Shown here: in pieces, positions 59,192 through 64,000 of the stretch | How positions within the stretch are numbered: the stretch's first letter is position 1 | Layout: each line of letters opens with the position of its first letter | Virus record (IMG/VR): IMGVR_UViG_3300028384_001500 | Span: 172,653 to 236,652 of that record | Direction: 5' to 3' (one strand) | Length of the DNA stretch: 64,000 bases | The notes under the pieces: model-generated | Database searches by the model: none | What the model was told of the DNA's origin: nothing | The model's input: only the letters and a program-made list of their open reading frames with translations | Position numbers and translations under genes: made by a program

Positions 59192-59578
59192 TTAAATAAA
59201 GTCATCATCATCATCGTCGAAATCATCGACAATAGTCGACACCGGATAAGTGTTCATATTACCAGGATAATATTCTCTAAATCGGCCTCGTCCTCCGCCT
59301 ATCTCATCATCGAAGTATTGGATCTGTGCGCCGATTGTATCTGTGTCACCGCTCTCTAAGCTGTGCACGTGAGTAAAACCCATACCTTTGAGTGCTACAA
59401 GAGCACCGGCAACTTCATCCATTTCGTCGACGACGATTTCTCCACCTGCTAGTTCAGGATGGCGCAGGGTGAATCCGGCACCTAGTGATAACTCTACAAC
59501 CTTCATAGTATTGTCTTGTAGCATTGTTAGCTCATTAAGGATCATGCGTCGCAACGCTCTTCTGTTTAAGCTTTTCAT
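59192..59578 (-). CDS. Acidic hypothetical protein with the shared leader
   Basis: MKSLNRRALRRMILNEL; poly-Asp C-terminus; AGGAGG SD; ATGA overlap. Confidence 0.7.
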   Translation of the reverse strand: MKSLNRRALRRMILNELTMLQDNTMKVVELSLGAGFTLRHPELAGGEIVVDEMDEVAGALVALKGMGFTHVHSLESGDTDTIGAQIQYFDDEIGGGRGRFREYYPGNMNTYPVSTIVDDFDDDDDDFI

Positions 59579-61680
59579 AAAGTAGGCCCTCCTGCGGCTT
59601 CTATCATTTCTTCCAGTTCATAAGCACGAGACTGCAATTCTTCTTTATCATCGTAGTAATCGGGATACTCCATTTCATACCCATAAGCAGCCTCGATGGG
59701 ATCAACACCGAATCGCTCTTGAGTCATGAGGTAGTCCTGTCTTTCCATTTCCATTTCTTCGAGTTGTGCCTCGATACGCTGCAATTCTTGCATCATTGCG
59801 TCGATCGACATGGGAGGCTGTCCGCCTATACCCATGCTTGACATCTCTTGCAAGATCATGCGTCGTAATCCGGCTCTGTTGGAGTTATGTTCATTTAGCG
59901 GTTTAACACTTCCCATGCCTCGCATGTATCTGTCACGCATGTATGGGTAACTTGCATGTGTACGCGCACCCGGTTTTGTAGTGCCATCGAACCCAGGGGC
60001 TAGTCCGCGTGAGACTTTGTCTGCCCCTAACCTGTAAGCCTGGTTGTCTAAGTCTTCAAGTTGTCTGTAGTCATCAGATTCGTACCATTCTGGATCTGAG
60101 TAATCAGCATTGGCAAGTATATCAGCTCGAGCATTACCTAGCTTTTCTAAGTCACCCACTTCTTCGTAGGCTCGATAATTTTCGACCCAATTTGGATCGC
60201 CACCAAAAGCGTCGATGAATGTCTGTGCCTGATCAAAATCGCCGGTATTAATTAAGTCATGGATCTTATCGATGTGCGACTGCGGCAAACCTAGTAGATC
60301 AAGCGGTGGAGGCGCAATACGATGTTCATTTAGTGGGTTGCCGTCGTCATCGAAATAGGTAGGCGACTTGTCTCCTCTATGGTCAACAAAAGTATGAGGC
60401 AAAGTGTTATTTCTAATGTTGAAGTATCTGTCACGCATATAGTCACGATCCCAAGTGGTGTCAGCTGGAAGTTCCCCTCTTTCTATTTTGCTATTGACAC
60501 TGTCATAAGCATGCTTATCGATATCGTAGACAGGCTGCATATCACTCATTGTTGACCAACCTCTTTCTGTTTTAGGTACTCTGGACATAACGTCAGCTGC
60601 CCGGTTACCCAGCTTTTCTAAGTCTCCGACTTCATCATACATTTGATAATCTCTTGCATAGTTAGGAGGACCACCAAAAGCGTCGATGAGTGACTGTGCC
60701 ATTTCTAATTCTCCATCACTGATGAGATCATGGATCTTGTCGACGTGATCCTGTGGTACACCCGGTAGATTAAGTGAGGGCGCAATGCGATGCTCAGATA
60801 GCGGCCTGTCTCTGTTACCTACATATCGTCGCATATCAGACTGAAAGCTACCACTACCACCAAAAATAGAATGAGCATCTCCGTCTATCATTTGCCCTCT
60901 TTTGTGAGCTATACCAACAGCTTCCCTATCTATGTTTTTGAGTGCATTTGTCAATTCTAAACTGTCGCGATCATATGTCGATCTAGCATCGTAGGCTTGA
61001 TTGCCCAATTTCTCCATGTCACCTACATTACTATAAAGAATATAGTCGTCAACGTAGTCAACAGGCCCGCCAAGAGCATCGATGAGCGACCGTGCCATCT
61101 CTATTTCACCTCCGTCGATGAGGTCTTGTATTTTGTGCAAATGGTGAAGAGGAATATTTGTGGGAACAGGAGGCGCAGTGAGATGCTCAAATAAGAATTC
61201 ATCCGGATCCGATTCATCATCGATATATCTATCTCTGTTACCTCTATAGCGATCCAGAGCTATGTCTTGGGCATCTGGGTTATAATACTCTTGACCGTCC
61301 TCAATTTCTACGGCTTTGTCCTGTGATAGCGAGTAAGCCTCCCTGTCTACATCACGTACTTTTTTCCAGTCATCAGTTTTCATAAAGTCACGCGCAGCGA
61401 ATTCTTCTGGAGAGTCAGGGAGGATGTCTGCAGCTCGATTACCTAGCTTCTCCATATCACCTACATTTTGGTACTCTAGATAATCCTGCGCATAAGTAGG
61501 AGAGCCACCCAAAGCATCAACCAGCGATTGGGCTTGGGATAAGTCACCGTGATCGATGATGCCATGTATAGTATCCAAGTGCTGAGGTGGTATTGCACCT
61601 GCGTCTGGCATTGTCCGGTGTTCTCTTAAAGCCATTCGCTCCAAGATCATTCGTCGTATTTTCTGTCGTGAGATTTTCAT
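59575..61680 (-). CDS. Tandem-repeat polyprotein-like protein (four units of about 131-156 aa plus an acidic tail)
   Basis: Four copies of LxEH..P...I..LID.G...AQ.L.DA.GG...VGD(M/L)EKLGN; start placed at MKISRQ by GGAG SD. Confidence 0.8.
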   Translation of the reverse strand: MKISRQKIRRMILERMALREHRTMPDAGAIPPQHLDTIHGIIDHGDLSQAQSLVDALGGSPTYAQDYLEYQNVGDMEKLGNRAADILPDSPEEFAARDFMKTDDWKKVRDVDREAYSLSQDKAVEIEDGQEYYNPDAQDIALDRYRGNRDRYIDDESDPDEFLFEHLTAPPVPTNIPLHHLHKIQDLIDGGEIEMARSLIDALGGPVDYVDDYILYSNVGDMEKLGNQAYDARSTYDRDSLELTNALKNIDREAVGIAHKRGQMIDGDAHSIFGGSGSFQSDMRRYVGNRDRPLSEHRIAPSLNLPGVPQDHVDKIHDLISDGELEMAQSLIDAFGGPPNYARDYQMYDEVGDLEKLGNRAADVMSRVPKTERGWSTMSDMQPVYDIDKHAYDSVNSKIERGELPADTTWDRDYMRDRYFNIRNNTLPHTFVDHRGDKSPTYFDDDGNPLNEHRIAPPPLDLLGLPQSHIDKIHDLINTGDFDQAQTFIDAFGGDPNWVENYRAYEEVGDLEKLGNARADILANADYSDPEWYESDDYRQLEDLDNQAYRLGADKVSRGLAPGFDGTTKPGARTHASYPYMRDRYMRGMGSVKPLNEHNSNRAGLRRMILQEMSSMGIGGQPPMSIDAMMQELQRIEAQLEEMEMERQDYLMTQERFGVDPIEAAYGYEMEYPDYYDDKEELQSRAYELEEMIEAAGGPTL

Positions 61681-61703
61681 TTCTGCTCCGTGATGCATCG
61701 TAT

Positions 61704-61712
61704 TATAACTAT
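61704..61712 (-). promoter_or_regulatory. ATANTTATA putative late-promoter motif
   Basis: ATAGTTATA about 24 nt upstream of the ATG at 61680. Confidence 0.45.
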
Positions 61713-61749
61713 TTACACTGTATTTATTTTTCTTATTAAATATTAAAAA

Positions 61750-62385
61750 CTAGTCACGAGTTATAAAAAGTTTATTGCCCATTGCCATAATAGTCGTGTT
61801 ACTCTTAGAATAGCGTTTACTCAGGGGAGACATTGCCCAGTAAATACCGTCGTAGCCTATCATGTTCTTAGGAATACGCTGAGACATGTTATCCCAGTCG
61901 TCAGGAGTCAAGGTGTTCTTTGTGTCATCACACTGAAAAACATCGATGTCTCCGGCGCCTGACTGGCTATACTGGGATCGATTTCTAAGATAGAAGTCCC
62001 AGACGTCTTGAGCATCTTTGCTGACCATGCGACGATCAGCGACCAGCCCTGACCCCTTCATCGAGGCGACTTCCATCGCGATATCATAGATAAGCGGGCC
62101 GTAACCGTTTGCCGCCATGGCCTGATACACCTCCCAAGCGCCGCCGCACGTGTCGTCTTTTAAGGGCACTATCGCAATATATCCGTATATGCCCTCAGGA
62201 GACGGACTGTGGTCTTCAGCGTAGAATCTACCCATAGACCCGTCGGCGTTGATTCCGCAATATGTCACACAAACGTCGCCCTTAGGGAAGAAATTGACAT
62301 TTACACCGATTGTCGGAGGTAACTCTCCGTGTGCGATCATGGCTTCAGAGATTATTTGATTTAGCTGCCTTCTTGTAATTCTCAT
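61750..62385 (-). CDS. GNAT-like protein with the shared leader
   Basis: WEV...NGYGPLIYDIAME...VSKDAQDVWDFY resembles GNAT motif A/B spacing. Confidence 0.5.
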   Translation of the reverse strand: MRITRRQLNQIISEAMIAHGELPPTIGVNVNFFPKGDVCVTYCGINADGSMGRFYAEDHSPSPEGIYGYIAIVPLKDDTCGGAWEVYQAMAANGYGPLIYDIAMEVASMKGSGLVADRRMVSKDAQDVWDFYLRNRSQYSQSGAGDIDVFQCDDTKNTLTPDDWDNMSQRIPKNMIGYDGIYWAMSPLSKRYSKSNTTIMAMGNKLFITRD

Positions 62386-62391
62386 AGTGAT

Positions 62392-62400
62392 TATAACTAT
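62392..62400 (-). promoter_or_regulatory. ATANTTATA putative late-promoter motif
   Basis: ATAGTTATA only 6 nt upstream of the ATG at 62385; no SD visible. Confidence 0.45.
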
Positions 62401-62402
62401 CT

Positions 62403-62430
62403 AAAAGTTCTCCAAAATTCAGGAGAAATT
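62403..62430. repeat. Degenerate third copy of the intergenic palindromic repeat
   Basis: aaaagttctccaaaattcaggagaaatt versus aaaagttttccaaattttccggagaaatt. Confidence 0.6.
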
Positions 62431-62710
62431 AACGTCGTCTTACCCATATGTTATCATCACAGCGACTAGTTCGCAAATGCCAACAACCGCAGTCATCCGA
62501 CCAGTACGCTGTATGCTGACGATCGTACTTCAAGAACTGATATCTTGAGTAAAGATCAGCAACTTCCTCGTAAGGAAAACGAATTTTCTTGCACCCGCTG
62601 TAGAAACAGTTACACTTACTGAACTCACCGCGGAAATGATATTTTCCGTTTTTAATAATTATTGACCAAGTTCTCCGCCCATCCCTGACAGACTTACATA
62701 CACGTTCCAT
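62429..62710 (-). CDS. Small Cys/Trp-rich hypothetical protein
   Basis: GAGGAG SD before MERVCK; several Cys residues. Confidence 0.55.
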   Translation of the reverse strand: MERVCKSVRDGRRTWSIIIKNGKYHFRGEFSKCNCFYSGCKKIRFPYEEVADLYSRYQFLKYDRQHTAYWSDDCGCWHLRTSRCDDNIWVRRR

Positions 62711-62920
62711 TGAACACACTCCTCTATGATAATCGTTTTTTTACGATATCACTTACGATGTGTCCCGAAACTTCACGTCCACCCATTAGCCTCTCTTCCA
62801 GAAGGACCTGCGCTTTCCCGTTCGGATCTAAGCTTTACCTCTATGTTGCTGTCTAGACACCGTCGATCTTTTAGGTTGGCCATTCTGGACTATGGCAATC
62901 TCTAGTACCCATACATTTAT

Positions 62921-62949
62921 ATTATATGCTGTTTCACACACGGTTACAA
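62921..62949 (-). promoter_or_regulatory. Near-consensus sigma70 promoter
   Basis: TTGTAA-17 nt-TATAAT directly downstream of a terminator and the palindromic repeat. Confidence 0.55.
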
Positions 62950-62959
62950 AAGTTTTGCA

Positions 62960-62984
62960 AAATTTTCCGGAGAAATTTTTGTGA
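62960..62984. repeat. 25-bp quasi-palindromic direct repeat, copy 1
   Basis: aaattttccggagaaatttttgtga, identical to 63642-63666. Confidence 0.9.
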
Positions 62985-62985
62985 G

Positions 62986-63013
62986 AAAAAGAAACGCCGG
63001 TGATGAGCCGGCG
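62986..63013 (-). terminator. Intrinsic terminator (minus strand)
   Basis: Stem cgccgg/ccggcg with a 7-nt loop, followed by TTTCTTTTT on the minus strand, just after the stop at 63034. Confidence 0.7.
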
Positions 63014-63033
63014 CGAGTTTTTACTTTTATCTA

Positions 63034-63591
63034 TTAACCCCAACCATCAATTCTCATATGCGGGTAATTTTCAACAATATACATCATTGCCATACGGCCC
63101 CAGTCATTTTCATCTTGAATATTTAAAAGCAAATTAATTGGGCCGTCTTTCCAACTATTAAATGGGCCAGGTCCTCGATTCTGGACCACGTAATCATAAT
63201 TACAATAATTAAGCAACGTCTGCTGCCTATCAATATCGATCGGATTTGTAGGTCCCATAGTGTCAGGAAAATCATCAGGTTTCATACCCGCAATACCGTA
63301 AGTTAACTCTAGTTCTGCCAAGATTCTCTCAAACTCCTGAATAGCTCGATCAATCGCTCTTTTAACACTAGCTTCAGAAGTTCCACCGTATATCGTCTTC
63401 AAAACATTATCACTAGCTTCGTCAAGATATATTTTTAAAATGGCTTCGCCTTTTCCGCCGGCTCGATCTTCTCCCATGCCAAAAAATCCACCTGGCGGCG
63501 ATATCACATTGTCTTTATCATCATCGTTAAAAATAGTGTCTCTAAACTCTTTTAAAACCATCTGTCGTAACTGTGTTCTAGTCAATTTCAT
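63034..63591 (-). CDS. Hypothetical protein with the shared leader
   Basis: MKLTRTQLRQMVLKEF; AAGGAG SD; TATAAT at 63607-63612. Confidence 0.7.
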   Translation of the reverse strand: MKLTRTQLRQMVLKEFRDTIFNDDDKDNVISPPGGFFGMGEDRAGGKGEAILKIYLDEASDNVLKTIYGGTSEASVKRAIDRAIQEFERILAELELTYGIAGMKPDDFPDTMGPTNPIDIDRQQTLLNYCNYDYVVQNRGPGPFNSWKDGPINLLLNIQDENDWGRMAMMYIVENYPHMRIDGWG

Positions 63592-63641
63592 AGCTTCTCC
63601 TTTATGATTATAATATACAATTTATATAGGAAAAGTTTTCC

Positions 63642-63666
63642 AAATTTTCCGGAGAAATTTTTGTGA
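63642..63666. repeat. 25-bp quasi-palindromic direct repeat, copy 2
   Basis: Identical to 62960-62984; flanking aaaagtttt is also shared. Confidence 0.9.
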
Positions 63667-63790
63667 CGAAATGTGCAATGTCCACAGTCTGGTGCGCAGA
63701 AAACAGGGTTGTAAATCGTATTGCTGCTGAGTGTACGTATGTTTAGGTAAGTTGATCAAAAAGTGGTCGTGTAGAAAATTTTGACTTAGG

Positions 63791-63860
63791 CCCGGCAGGG
63801 AGCGCTAGACGGGCCGGTGGGCATGGGGCTCTGCGCGGGGGGCGGGCGCCCCCAGCCCTC
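63791..63860. other. Non-coding GC-rich island with G-tracts and a hairpin
   Basis: 58 of 70 nt are G/C in an otherwise AT-rich genome; six G3+ tracts; gggggc/gccccc stem. Confidence 0.7.
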
Positions 63861-64000
63861 TAGAAGGGGCCTAAATAGGGGCTGCAGGAAGCTCCAGAAT
63901 GACGTGCAAGACACTTTTACTCGTGCGCCAGACAGATACATAAGTTCTCATCGGAAATGCAACCGGGCGCAAGATGATGTATAATATAGATGTCCACCCC

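Noticed and set aside
58645-63013. Hammerhead- or HDV-like ribozymes (ctatgagcgaa at about 58660; tgatgag loop at 63001)
   Set aside because: The CUGANGA/GAAA core and the HDV P1.1 arrangement cannot be built; the 63001 hairpin is explained as a terminator
62828-63043. ORF-track 71 aa ORF
   Set aside because: It runs through a terminator, the palindromic repeat and a promoter, and has no SD
63470-63495. GGFFGMG peptide shared by 63034..63591 and the annexin-like protein
   Set aside because: Seven residues only; the second copy lacks GTDE and the flanking annexin helices
1-64000. Stop-codon reassignment, seen in some huge phages
   Set aside because: Conserved genes are full length in the standard code, and both TAG (19290) and TGA (49317) end genes at expected positions
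1-64000. tRNA or rRNA genes, integrase, transposase, intein or intron
   Set aside because: No cloverleaf or T-loop signature noticed in the few intergenic gaps; PrkA, SpoVR, PhoH and UvsE have ordinary lengths; a tRNAscan/Infernal run would be needed to be certain
1-64000. Eukaryotic giant virus or bacterial chromosome origin
   Set aside because: SD sites, overlapping operonic genes, intrinsic terminators and contractile baseplate genes indicate a phage; there are no housekeeping operons, and the tail block is far larger than a typical eCIS/T6SS locus

Overview
A 64-kb, AT-rich, gene-dense stretch of a very large contractile-tailed phage genome (jumbo/huge myovirus type), standard genetic code, mostly minus strand. 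Evidence: a baseplate J/gp6-like wedge, gp25-like and spike-like genes, Shine-Dalgarno sites, sigma70-type promoters and intrinsic terminators. Four blocks: (1) 1-29.4 kb tail/baseplate morphogenesis, with huge uncharacterised virion proteins, a repetitive tail fibre and two LamG-like proteins; (2) 29.4-41.4 kb a gp55-like sigma factor, then a glycosylation cluster (six glycosyltransferase ORFs, UDP-sugar dehydrogenase, sulfotransferase-like, methyltransferase, cupin) with a Cas4/AddB-like nuclease inside; (3) 41.4-54.4 kb host-takeover/stress genes: PIN-PhoH, stand-alone sigma region 4, Hc1 histone-like, a degenerate GroEL lacking its ATP motif, yeaH-spoVR-prkA, a nucleotidyltransferase, UvsE and proteases; (4) 54.4-64 kb eight genes sharing an N-terminal leader (M-K/R-hydrophobic-x4-L/I-R-x-hydrophobic-hydrophobic-x-E). 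These include an M15 peptidase, an annexin-repeat/peptidoglycan-binding protein, a GNAT-like protein and a four-unit tandem polyprotein punctuated by L-x-E-H sites. Block 4 is the best candidate for an undescribed system: capsid-packaged, protease-matured, ejected cargo. All family assignments come from motif recognition by eye; no database search was run.
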